From Candidatus Uhrbacteria bacterium (lineage in GTDB: Bacteria > Patescibacteriota > Patescibacteriia > UBA9934 > GWF2-40-263), in contig JACPHT010000008.1 in the NCBI GenBank assembly GCA_016188475.1, positions 150,192 to 214,191 of the forward strand: a DNA stretch of 64,000 bases. Direction: 5' to 3'. Under the pieces are notes generated by a model. That model was not told the origin of the DNA and searched no databases. It saw only the letters and a list, made by a program, of their open reading frames with translations. This document shows positions 20,675-29,422 of the stretch, in pieces. How positions within the stretch are numbered: the stretch's first letter is position 1; every line of letters starts with the position of its first letter. A program made the position numbers and the translations under genes.

Positions 20675-21046
20675 TTATGACGAATCTGTCAATGTTGGCT
20701 TGACAAAAACAAGATCATCACTCGCACCAAACGTGAGGCCGGATCTGGAATCAATCCGATCAAAATTTCGAGCAACGAGTGGGCAGTAATGCTCAAATTC
20801 ACATTCGCCTTGTGGCTCGACTCCGCTGAAGGACAGAAGTACACGACGGTCGGAGATTCCAACCGACACCTCGACAATGGCCAGATCGGAACAATAAATG
20901 GCGTCCCGGTCATTGTCGTCCCAAATCTTGAGGATCGTCTGCCAACCCCACCATCTGGTGTTAGGTAGCCGTTCTTTCTCCACCCATGTCCGACTAGGGC
21001 GTGGGTGCTTTTTATTTTCGATAAAAAAACTTAATTCATATTTCAC
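20675..21046 (-). CDS. Hypothetical protein
   Basis: 123-aa ORF, no recognisable motif, start uncertain. Confidence 0.45.
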   Translation of the reverse strand: MKYELSFFIENKKHPRPSRTWVEKERLPNTRWWGWQTILKIWDDNDRDAIYCSDLAIVEVSVGISDRRVLLSFSGVEPQGECEFEHYCPLVARNFDRIDSRSGLTFGASDDLVFVKPTLTDSS

Positions 21047-21071
21047 TTAACTACCGATCGGGAGTTAAGTG
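21044..21071. repeat. Palindrome copy 1 (1 mismatch)
   Basis: CACTTAACTACCGATCGGGAGTTAAGTG. Confidence 0.9.
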
Positions 21072-21086
21072 TGATAAAGTTTAATT

Positions 21087-21662
21087 ATGTCTAAAAACAT
21101 CTCTTCAAATTCTGTTCCATCTAGAATCTTCGATGTGCTCTTATCAGAAGCCGATGATCTTCTATTTTTATTTCATCATCCTCATGCAGTGTTACGAACA
21201 GTAGGAAATATTGAATCTGCACGTAACATGCTCGCACGAAAAGAACGAAATCTTCAACGAATTAAAAAAACAGAAATCAACCAGGCCTTGCAACGACTCA
21301 ATTCGCAAAAATTACTGCGGATAAGTAAAAAGGGTAATGAAATTTACTTCTTTTTGACTGAAAATGGCATAAAAGAGGGTTTGAAACGTACAATTCAAAA
21401 GAAGAAACAACGTCTTGCAGGCAAACGACGTTGTTACGTGAGTTTTGATATTCCTGAACAAGCAAGTTCTACACGGTGGGCATTAAGAAAACTTTTGAAA
21501 GATTCACACTTCAAAATGATTCATCTTAGTTTATGGAGTTCTGAATTCGACGTTGGAAAAGAAATGGCGGCGTTGATAAAAATAATGAGAGCCGAAACAT
21601 GGGTACACGTTTTCGAAGCAAGGGCTCTAACTTCCATTAACAAAAAAAGCAAAAACTCGTAA
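21087..21662 (+). CDS. PaaX-like protein (winged HTH plus Cas2-like ferredoxin-fold domain)
   Basis: ALQRLNSQKLL...FLTENG wHTH, then YVSFDIPEQ...RWALRKLL...FKMIHLSLW. Confidence 0.8.
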   Translation: MSKNISSNSVPSRIFDVLLSEADDLLFLFHHPHAVLRTVGNIESARNMLARKERNLQRIKKTEINQALQRLNSQKLLRISKKGNEIYFFLTENGIKEGLKRTIQKKKQRLAGKRRCYVSFDIPEQASSTRWALRKLLKDSHFKMIHLSLWSSEFDVGKEMAALIKIMRAETWVHVFEARALTSINKKSKNS

Positions 21663-21664
21663 TC

Positions 21665-21694
21665 ACACTTAACTCCCGATCGGGAGTTAAGTGT
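21665..21694. repeat. Perfect 30-bp palindrome copy 2
   Basis: ACACTTAACTCCCGATCGGGAGTTAAGTGT, filling the gap between two convergent stop codons. Confidence 0.92.
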
Positions 21695-22609
21695 TTACAG
21701 TTGTCTCAAAACGTTCTTCAACATACGACATGCTTCTTCTGTGGTTTCGTATTTGATGTGATAAACAATTGCTGGATTTCCAAGCGCAAAATTTGAAATC
21801 ACTGAATCTTTTTTTGAAATAAGCACGATTGGTTTTTCAAACATGTAAGCGAGAACGAGTTCGCCACCAGCTCCCAAAGATGGATTTGAAACATCAGCTA
21901 TGAGCACATCACAATTTTTGATTTTATTTTCAGTCCAATCATAAACCGCGCGAACGTCACGCTCTTCGCGTGGTTTTTTATTTTCAGGATTATCACGAAA
22001 TGGAATTATTGGTTCACAACCTAATTCATCACACACACGACCAAGCGCTTCGTGAACAACTTTATCATCAGCCAAACCATTATTGTTTGTATACGATCCA
22101 GCTATGTAGGCTGATTTTACAGTTGGTTTAAGTGTTTTTGAATACACTCTATCGCGATTAAACTCAACATGTGCGTTTGCTAGTAAATACACATTGCGAA
22201 TTCCATTTTCAATCATCACGTTCCAACATTGCTCGCAACACCACCAATGGCCGTACAAATAAATATCCGATCCTGACGGATCAATTCCCGACTCATTTGC
22301 AACAGCAATTACCATTTGTTCTGCATGTCCTGGAGCGTCGTGTAAATGACACAAATCATATCCTGTTCCACTAGGACACTCCAACACAACTCGAGGACAA
22401 ACATGTCTCGTGCCAGAACCTTTATTAAACCCATTTCCGGCTCGAGTGAAAATTTTTCCGTCTCTAACTAACACTGCTCCAACTGGATACAACCTGTCGC
22501 CTGCACAATCCTCGCGTGCGCGCGCCGCTTCTTGCATGAATGGATCGTCCGCACTGACAAAATAAAAAACTTTTCCATCAGGCAAAAATGGATACTCTAT
22601 TTCTGGCAT
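21695..22609 (-). CDS. dCMP/cytidine deaminase-like domain fused to nucleoside 2-deoxyribosyltransferase/Rcl-like domain
   Basis: VGAVLV..GNG, HAE, CCEQC zinc motif; C-terminal AYIAGS...CDVLIAD..PSLGAGGEL..A...KPIV. Confidence 0.8.
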   Translation of the reverse strand: MPEIEYPFLPDGKVFYFVSADDPFMQEAARAREDCAGDRLYPVGAVLVRDGKIFTRAGNGFNKGSGTRHVCPRVVLECPSGTGYDLCHLHDAPGHAEQMVIAVANESGIDPSGSDIYLYGHWWCCEQCWNVMIENGIRNVYLLANAHVEFNRDRVYSKTLKPTVKSAYIAGSYTNNNGLADDKVVHEALGRVCDELGCEPIIPFRDNPENKKPREERDVRAVYDWTENKIKNCDVLIADVSNPSLGAGGELVLAYMFEKPIVLISKKDSVISNFALGNPAIVYHIKYETTEEACRMLKNVLRQL

Positions 22610-23118
22610 AAAAAATGTAGCAAAACTGCTTGATCACCAAGTTGAGTAACTTCATCCAATTTCAAATTTATTCTTCCAAATCCTGACGCAAGTGGCACGC
22701 CATCGCCAAACAAAACCGGCTCAACTGTAAGATAAATTTCGGTAACAAGCTTCTCTTTCAGAAACTGACTGTAAATTGACGACCCACCTGCGATCACAAC
22801 ATTTTCAACACCTTCTTTTTGCAAACGTTCAAGTAGTTTGCACGGTTGTTCGCTCGTAAATTCAACCTTCCCGCTTTCTTCCTTTGTCTCCAGCTGTCTT
22901 CCATTGTCCTCCCTTGTCATCACTATCGTCTTCCTCCCCTTCAACGGCTTTCCAATTGTCTCAAAAGTCTTTCGACCCATAATCAAAACTCCTATCTCTT
23001 TTGTTTTTTCAATAAAAAAACGCAAATCTTCTTTCGATGTCCAATCAAGTGACGTCTGACATTCATGCTCTGCTATTTTTCCGTTTGCAGAAATCGCGGC
23101 AAGTAAAATAATTTTCAT
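22597..23118 (-). CDS. folA: Dihydrofolate reductase
   Basis: AAISANGKI, IMGRKTFETIGKPLKGR, IAGGSSIY. Confidence 0.9.
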   Translation of the reverse strand: MKIILLAAISANGKIAEHECQTSLDWTSKEDLRFFIEKTKEIGVLIMGRKTFETIGKPLKGRKTIVMTREDNGRQLETKEESGKVEFTSEQPCKLLERLQKEGVENVVIAGGSSIYSQFLKEKLVTEIYLTVEPVLFGDGVPLASGFGRINLKLDEVTQLGDQAVLLHFLCQK

Positions 23119-23124
23119 AAAGAT

Positions 23125-23154
23125 ATTCTTCGTCGCTTCGCTCCTCAGAATGAC
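23125..23154. repeat. Half copy of the GTCATT-family palindromic repeat
   Basis: ATTCTTCGTCGCTTCGCTCCTCAGAATGAC. Confidence 0.65.
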
Positions 23155-23161
23155 GAAAAGA

Positions 23162-24001
23162 CTAATAAACATTCACCGTGATCTCCATTCCACTAATCGA
23201 CTCAAGTGGTTGATACTGTGATTTAAGCGAGGTAAAAATTTCGTTCACAAGTTCTAAATCTCCGTTCATGGCGCGCTCGTAACTTCCAACAGGAACTCTC
23301 AAAGAAACAGGTCCATGATCATTCGTGCGGGAAATAAGTTCGCGTGCCGCAGTGAAATGATTGTCGTAAATATGCGCGTTACTGATCGAATGCGTGTAAA
23401 TTCCTGGTTGAACTTCAAGCCTGTCCGCCAAAATACATTGCAAAAGCGCAAATCCAGCCGCGTCATGAGGACATCCAAGCATCATGTCATTGCTTCTGAT
23501 AATATTGTGCAAATGCAATTTTCCACCAGCGATGTTTACAGTAAATGTATATGGACATGGGAGATTTTTCTTTGAATCAACACCGAGTCCGTCATCAGCC
23601 GGATCCCATGTGATCACAACCGCATGTCGAGAATGCGGATTTTGTGTGAGATGATTTACAAGACAATCAATTTGATCGCGTCCGAAATGATGACGCCAAC
23701 GATGGCCATACGCGGCTTTTACTGTTCCGTCTTCTTCCAAAAAATCATCCCAAATTTTTGTAAACTGTTGAAGCCAAGTTGGATTGTTCTGTCCCATCAA
23801 ATACCAAATTTGTTCAGCAATAAAAATCTTAAGAGGAATCTTTCGCAAAGTGAGAAGCGGAAAACTTTCCTGAACATCAACGCGCAACGTGACTCCAGGC
23901 AACATTCTCGTTATGCGGCCAGACCATGGATTTGGAATTTCATATCCATTTTCCATGATGTCGGAAATTGCGCTTTTGTATTGAACATCAAATGGGGTCA
24001 T
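23162..24001 (-). CDS. thyA: Thymidylate synthase-family enzyme (Asp at the Asn177-equivalent position)
   Basis: FPLLTLRK, AYGHRWR, SRHAV..WDP, catalytic PC, RSNDMMLGCPHD, HIYDNH. Confidence 0.9.
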   Translation of the reverse strand: MTPFDVQYKSAISDIMENGYEIPNPWSGRITRMLPGVTLRVDVQESFPLLTLRKIPLKIFIAEQIWYLMGQNNPTWLQQFTKIWDDFLEEDGTVKAAYGHRWRHHFGRDQIDCLVNHLTQNPHSRHAVVITWDPADDGLGVDSKKNLPCPYTFTVNIAGGKLHLHNIIRSNDMMLGCPHDAAGFALLQCILADRLEVQPGIYTHSISNAHIYDNHFTAARELISRTNDHGPVSLRVPVGSYERAMNGDLELVNEIFTSLKSQYQPLESISGMEITVNVY

Positions 24002-24126
24002 ATTGTGGAAAGGTCTGAAAGGACCAAAAGGTCGAAAATGTGGAAACAATTTAATTTGACCCCCATAATGTACCAGACATGAGACCAGTTTCCAACATCC
24101 TATCTTTCGGATAAAATGCCTACATT

Positions 24127-24561
24127 ATGATTTTACCTGTGGAAATCTTCAAATGCCATCCTGACGCTGTTATTCCGGTCTATTATTCAACTGGCGCTTG
24201 CGCTTTTGATTTGTCCACAATCGAAGACGTTATTATCCAACCTGGCGAAATAGTACGCTTACGCACAGGCCTTGTAATATGTGTCCCTGAAAATTATGTA
24301 ATGATTGTTGTCGCACGATCGTCATTGCCAAAAAAATACGGTCTGTGTTTTCCACAAGGCATAGGAATAGTTGACAATGACTATTGCGGACCAACGGATG
24401 AAGCTCAACTGCAGTTACTTAATTTTACAGATCAACCAGTGGAAATTAGAAAAGGTGATAGACTCGCGCAAGCAATGCTTGTCCCGTTTGCTAAAGCTGA
24501 ATTTAAGGAAGTTATAAAACTGACAAATCCAAACCGCGGAGGCTTTGGTTCAACAGGTTAA
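24127..24561 (+). CDS. dut: Trimeric dUTP diphosphatase
   Basis: FDL, RSSL, GIVDNDYCG, GDRLAQ, RGGFGSTG. Confidence 0.95.
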   Translation: MILPVEIFKCHPDAVIPVYYSTGACAFDLSTIEDVIIQPGEIVRLRTGLVICVPENYVMIVVARSSLPKKYGLCFPQGIGIVDNDYCGPTDEAQLQLLNFTDQPVEIRKGDRLAQAMLVPFAKAEFKEVIKLTNPNRGGFGSTG

Positions 24562-24576
24562 TCTGCTATAATTATT

Positions 24577-25290
24577 ATGACATTAGGACGATTCATTATG
24601 ATTGACGGAATCGCCGGCAGTGGCAAATCCACTGTTTTGCGTGCTGTCCAAACTTGGGCAGAATCTTGTCATCACAAAATCTTTCGTCTTTCACAATGGG
24701 AAGATGTTGAACCACCAAAGTTTGAACAAATCTCAAACTACGATGTTTATTTCACATACGAGCCAACACGCACTTGGATTGGTCGCGCGATAAGATACGA
24801 ACTTTCAAGAGAAGATAAGCCATACGATGGCGAGACGCTGGCACACGCATTCGCGCTTGATCGACAAATAATGTACAGGCGTTTAATAATACCTGCGATA
24901 AAAGCTGGAAAAACAATCATTCAAGATCGCGGAGTTTCAACTTCGCTTGTGTATCAGCCAATCATGCAAAACAGTTTGCCTCTTGAAACTGTAAAAAATC
25001 TCCCAGGAAACAAACTTTCTTTGGAATACGCGCCTAACGCTCTGATTCTAACAAAACTTTCTGCTGAAACAGCGGCTGAACGAATTGCGAAGCGAGACGA
25101 CGATTCAAAAGGTGTTTTTGGACAATTAGAATTTCTCAAAATACTAGAACAAAGATTTGAAGAACGGTGGCTAAAAGAATTGTTTGAATCACATGGAACT
25201 CACATATATTCACTTGACATGTCGGGAACCATTGAAGAAACTTCAGATCGGGCACAAAAACTCATTACAATAATTCTCTCTACATGTTAA
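24577..25290 (+). CDS. tmk: Thymidylate kinase
   Basis: IDGIAGSGKST P-loop, TYEP, QDRGVSTSLVYQ. Confidence 0.9.
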   Translation: MTLGRFIMIDGIAGSGKSTVLRAVQTWAESCHHKIFRLSQWEDVEPPKFEQISNYDVYFTYEPTRTWIGRAIRYELSREDKPYDGETLAHAFALDRQIMYRRLIIPAIKAGKTIIQDRGVSTSLVYQPIMQNSLPLETVKNLPGNKLSLEYAPNALILTKLSAETAAERIAKRDDDSKGVFGQLEFLKILEQRFEERWLKELFESHGTHIYSLDMSGTIEETSDRAQKLITIILSTC

Positions 25291-25324
25291 TTAAAAGCTC
25301 TGCTACTTTTCTACTTCATTCTCT

Positions 25325-26206
25325 ATGCCAAAACTTATTTCGATCGGAAGAATTATTGATGAATCTTGGGAGTTATATCGCGCACGTTTCAGTGAATTCA
25401 TGAGCGTTGCAAGCTGGCTTCTTTTGCTTGCCATTCTTTATATTATTTCGCTTGCACTCTACCCTTCCGCAAGCACACTTTGGTTTTCAAACGATCTGTC
25501 AACTTCAGAAAACATCGGCATACTTCTTTTTGCATTTACAAATTACGTTGTTGCTCCTTTGCTCGGGCTTTGGGTTCTCATTGCTCTTTCAAGGCTTACA
25601 CAAGGATATTTGCAAGGAAAAAATGTGGGTATCAAACTGGCCCATGAAGAAACAAAACCTCTGTTCTTCCCCACTCTTGTTGTATCGTTAATGGTTGCTT
25701 TTCTTTTGGTAGTTGCAATGCTCATAGGTTTTGGTCCTCCGATAATTTTAGCCTCGCTTGGCGCATTGTTTAATAATGTCACTCTGATTGGAATTGGCGA
25801 CATGTTGCTCGTTATAGGAATTTTTGTCGCGCTCATTCTCTCTTTCAAATGGATGATCGAATACTATTTTTCTCCAATAGCAACAGTTTTAGATGGAATA
25901 CAAGGAAAAAAAGCTCTAATCCAAAGCCGCAAACTTATTCAGGGTCGTTTCTGGAGAACATTTCTACGATTGGTCGTTCCAAAACTTGTTTTCATTATAT
26001 TCGGAGTATTTATTATGTTTATTGTTGCGACTGTGACAGAAGTATTGCTTGGTGTCGCAAGCGGCCTTAGTCTTGATCTGCATCTACGAATTAAAACACT
26101 TGTGGAATCAATATTTCCTATTTTGATCGCTGTGCTTATAAACCCACTGATTATAAACGCGGATATTCTTCTTTATCGAGCGCTAAAAGGTGAAGATGTG
26201 TTATGA
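25325..26206 (+). CDS. Multi-pass membrane protein
   Basis: About six TM segments, ALIQSRKLIQGRFW motif; paralogue of the next gene. Confidence 0.8.
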   Translation: MPKLISIGRIIDESWELYRARFSEFMSVASWLLLLAILYIISLALYPSASTLWFSNDLSTSENIGILLFAFTNYVVAPLLGLWVLIALSRLTQGYLQGKNVGIKLAHEETKPLFFPTLVVSLMVAFLLVVAMLIGFGPPIILASLGALFNNVTLIGIGDMLLVIGIFVALILSFKWMIEYYFSPIATVLDGIQGKKALIQSRKLIQGRFWRTFLRLVVPKLVFIIFGVFIMFIVATVTEVLLGVASGLSLDLHLRIKTLVESIFPILIAVLINPLIINADILLYRALKGEDVL

Positions 26207-26952
26207 GTTCGCCGTTTGAAATAATCGCAAAAAGCGTCCGTTTATATAAAACGAACGCTTATACATTTCTAGGATATTCATCTTGGATGTTGTTAACTTT
26301 CGCGGCTTTTGTTTTACTTGGTTTTTTCCCACTTACTCCATTTGTAAAATTTTTAGCATTTGTCCTTTCCATTTTTGAAATTCTTGTTTCTCTTTGGGTT
26401 TTTATTTCGCTAGTGTTGTGTTCAAAGGCAATCCTATCAAACCAAACAAATGAAATAAAAAAAATCGGACAAACAGCAAAGTCACTGATACAACCAGTTT
26501 TAACTGTCGCGCTTTTACAAATACTTATGTTAATTGGTGGAGTGTTGTTGATTATAGTTCCTTCGTTTATCTTCATGGTGTGGTTTTGTTTCGCGCAATT
26601 AAATGTCATATTCGATGGAAAGCGAGGAATTGACGCTCTTCAAACAAGCAGAGAGCTTGTCAAAGGTAAATTCTGGAAAGTTTTTCTATTGGTTTTCGGA
26701 GGAACTTTCATTTTATTTTTTATTTATTCTGTAATCCTGTCTATATTAATGGGTGTGATAGCTGCTGCTCAAGGGGTCGACATTATAGATTTGCTAAATG
26801 GAACATTGCCGCTTTGGATTCAAGTGCTAGAAGCAATTGGAGAGGTTCTCCTACTGCCGTTGATTGTTATATATTTGACATCTGTGTATTTGGAGGTAAG
26901 AAATGAAAAAGTCATTGAGTCAAAATCACATAGTCGCGGAGAAAGCAATTAA
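26203..26952 (+). CDS. Multi-pass membrane protein
   Basis: TM segments, ALQTSRELVKGKFW motif. Confidence 0.8.
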   Translation: MSSPFEIIAKSVRLYKTNAYTFLGYSSWMLLTFAAFVLLGFFPLTPFVKFLAFVLSIFEILVSLWVFISLVLCSKAILSNQTNEIKKIGQTAKSLIQPVLTVALLQILMLIGGVLLIIVPSFIFMVWFCFAQLNVIFDGKRGIDALQTSRELVKGKFWKVFLLVFGGTFILFFIYSVILSILMGVIAAAQGVDIIDLLNGTLPLWIQVLEAIGEVLLLPLIVIYLTSVYLEVRNEKVIESKSHSRGESN

Positions 26953-26993
26953 TAACTCAAAGACTTTAAATTTCGACTCCAAGACTTTCCACT

Positions 26994-28502
26994 ATGCCAA
27001 TCTACGAACCAATCATTGGTCTTGAAATTCACATCCAGCTCAAAACAAAAACAAAAATGTTTTGTGGATGTTCAGCACACGAAACAGACGTTCAACCAAA
27101 CACAAACGTCTGCCCAATTTGTCTTGGACAGCCAGGGGCGCTTCCTGTCCCAAACGAACAAGCGATTCGTTTTGGAATTCTCATGGGTCTTGCTTTGAAC
27201 TGCACGATTGCTGAGCGATCAAAATTTGATAGAAAAAATTATTTTTATCCTGATCTTCCAAAAGCATATCAGATTTCACAATTCGATTTTCCAATTGCTA
27301 AAAACGGATTTTTGGATATTGAAATTCCAAACAGTGAACGAAAACAAGCACACATCGGAATTACACGCGCTCACTTGGAAGAAGACGCCGCAAAGTCGTT
27401 TCATACAGAAAACGGAAAAACATGTGTTGACTTTAATCGCGGAGGAACGCCTTTGGTAGAAATTGTAACAGAGCCTGATTTTCGTTCACCACAAGAAGCA
27501 AAAATTTTTCTTCAAGAGCTTCGTTTAATAGCACGTTATCTTGGCGTGTCTGATGCTGATATGGAAAAGGGACATTTGCGCTGTGACGCGAACGTTTCGC
27601 TTCGCAAACTCAATAAAGACGGAACTGTAGATGGCGCAATGTTCAATCCAAAAACAGAAATCAAAAACATGAACTCGTTTCGCCATGTTGAACGTGCGCT
27701 TGAATATGAAATAGAACGCCAAACTCAATTATGGGAAGAAGAAAATCCGCCAAAAATTTCAACAACACGTGGGTGGAATGACGGAAAACAAATCACAGAA
27801 GAACAACGATCAAAAGAAGACGCGGCAGATTATCGATATTTTCCAGAACCTGACATTCCATCTCTTGAGCTTAAGGAAATCGCAGAAGAAATGCGAAAAG
27901 AGTTACCTGAACTTCCGTCCGCGCGACGCGTTCGCGTGCAAGAAGAATATGGTTTGAAATTGTCTGACGCTCGACAAATCTGCGATGATCCGGCTCTTGC
28001 AGACTTTACAGAACGGACGTTTTCAGAATTGCTTGAGTGGGTTGGAAACACTTCAGAAGTTGAAGGGTTGAAAGGTTTAGCGCGTCTTGTTTCTGGTTGG
28101 CTTTTGTCAAAACTCACAGGGCTTATGTCTGAACGAGGTATTGATATCAGGACGATAAAAATTACACCGGAAAATTTTGCGGAATTTATAACTTTGATCG
28201 CAACAAAAAAACTCAACAACACAACAGGACTAAAAGTCCTAAACTCAATGCTTGATGATGGAAATGATCCGACTCACATAATGGAGGATCAAAGGCTTGG
28301 TCAAATGGATGATGAAGGAGAATTAGCAGAAATTGTTGATCGGGTTCTATCCGCACATCCAGTTGAGGTTGTGAGATACCAAGCTGGCGAGGAACAACTG
28401 CTAACATTTTTGATTGGAATGGTTATGAAAGAAACGGAAGGGGCAGCCGAACCAGGACTCACTCGCAACATGTTGCTGGTTAAGCTAAAAAATCTGAAAT
28501 AA
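26994..28502 (+). CDS. gatB: Asp-tRNA(Asn)/Glu-tRNA(Gln) amidotransferase subunit B
   Basis: IGLEIHIQL, FDRKNYFYPDLPK, HLEEDAAK, LRCDANVS, YRYFPEPD. Confidence 0.98.
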   Translation: MPIYEPIIGLEIHIQLKTKTKMFCGCSAHETDVQPNTNVCPICLGQPGALPVPNEQAIRFGILMGLALNCTIAERSKFDRKNYFYPDLPKAYQISQFDFPIAKNGFLDIEIPNSERKQAHIGITRAHLEEDAAKSFHTENGKTCVDFNRGGTPLVEIVTEPDFRSPQEAKIFLQELRLIARYLGVSDADMEKGHLRCDANVSLRKLNKDGTVDGAMFNPKTEIKNMNSFRHVERALEYEIERQTQLWEEENPPKISTTRGWNDGKQITEEQRSKEDAADYRYFPEPDIPSLELKEIAEEMRKELPELPSARRVRVQEEYGLKLSDARQICDDPALADFTERTFSELLEWVGNTSEVEGLKGLARLVSGWLLSKLTGLMSERGIDIRTIKITPENFAEFITLIATKKLNNTTGLKVLNSMLDDGNDPTHIMEDQRLGQMDDEGELAEIVDRVLSAHPVEVVRYQAGEEQLLTFLIGMVMKETEGAAEPGLTRNMLLVKLKNLK

Positions 28503-29418
28503 ATTGAAACGCTTCATCAGAACTCGAAATCCACTTAATTCTCGGGTCGCGTTTAAACCAAGTCATCTGGCGCTTCGCATAGTGTCTGGTGGCTTTTTTG
28601 GTTTCTTCGATCGCTTCATCAAGTGCAGTCTCGCCTTTGAGAAATGAACAAATCTGCCGATATCCAATTCCTGACATTGAATAAATTTCACATCCGTATT
28701 TGTCATTAAGTGAACGAACCTCATCCACAAGTCCGTTTTCGACCATTTCATCTACGCGCAAATCAATCCGCGCATTCAACTCTTGTCTGTCAACAAGAAG
28801 TCCGATTTGCAAAACATCATATCTTGGATTTCCTTTTGTTTGTTTTTCAAAAAACGTCTTGCCAGACAATTTCGTAACCTCAAGCGCGCGCACGATTCGA
28901 CGTTTGTTGTCTTTATCAATAACTTCAGCGCCTTTTGGATCGAGTTGCTTATACTCGGCGAACAAATCATCAAGCGAACGCGATTCCAATTCAACGCGAA
29001 GTTTGAAATCTGCCGGAATGTTTGTTAAATCAAAATTATCGATCAAAGATGAAACCCAAAGCCCTGTTCCACCAACAAGTATTGGAATACGTTTCCGTTG
29101 AATTATCTCGTCAATTTTCTGTTCAGAATATTTTTTGAAATCTGCAACTGAATAATCTTCATCAGGATCAACAAGATCAATCCCCCAATGTAGAATTCCA
29201 TCAACTGTCTTTTCCTCTCGGTCATATCCGACCTTTCCGACCTTTCGTTCCTTTCCGACCTTTGCCGTTCCAATATCCATTCCTCGATACACCTGCCGTG
29301 AATCTACACTTACCACTTCCCCGCTGAACTTTTTTGCAATTTCAATTCCAAGTCCGGTTTTTCCTGACGCTGTTTGCCCGACGATTGCGATAAGTTTAGG
29401 TAGCATACTTGTTGACAT
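28480..29418 (-). CDS. miaA: tRNA dimethylallyltransferase
   Basis: GQTASGKT, VDSRQVYRGMDIGTAK, VGGTGLW, YAKRQMTWF. Confidence 0.97.
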   Translation of the reverse strand: MSTSMLPKLIAIVGQTASGKTGLGIEIAKKFSGEVVSVDSRQVYRGMDIGTAKVGKERKVGKVGYDREEKTVDGILHWGIDLVDPDEDYSVADFKKYSEQKIDEIIQRKRIPILVGGTGLWVSSLIDNFDLTNIPADFKLRVELESRSLDDLFAEYKQLDPKGAEVIDKDNKRRIVRALEVTKLSGKTFFEKQTKGNPRYDVLQIGLLVDRQELNARIDLRVDEMVENGLVDEVRSLNDKYGCEIYSMSGIGYRQICSFLKGETALDEAIEETKKATRHYAKRQMTWFKRDPRIKWISSSDEAFQFISDFLA

Positions 29419-29422
29419 TTTT

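Noticed and set aside
21087-21662. CRISPR-associated cas2
   Set aside because: The Cas2-like domain is fused to a wHTH (PaaX-like), with no cas1 or array
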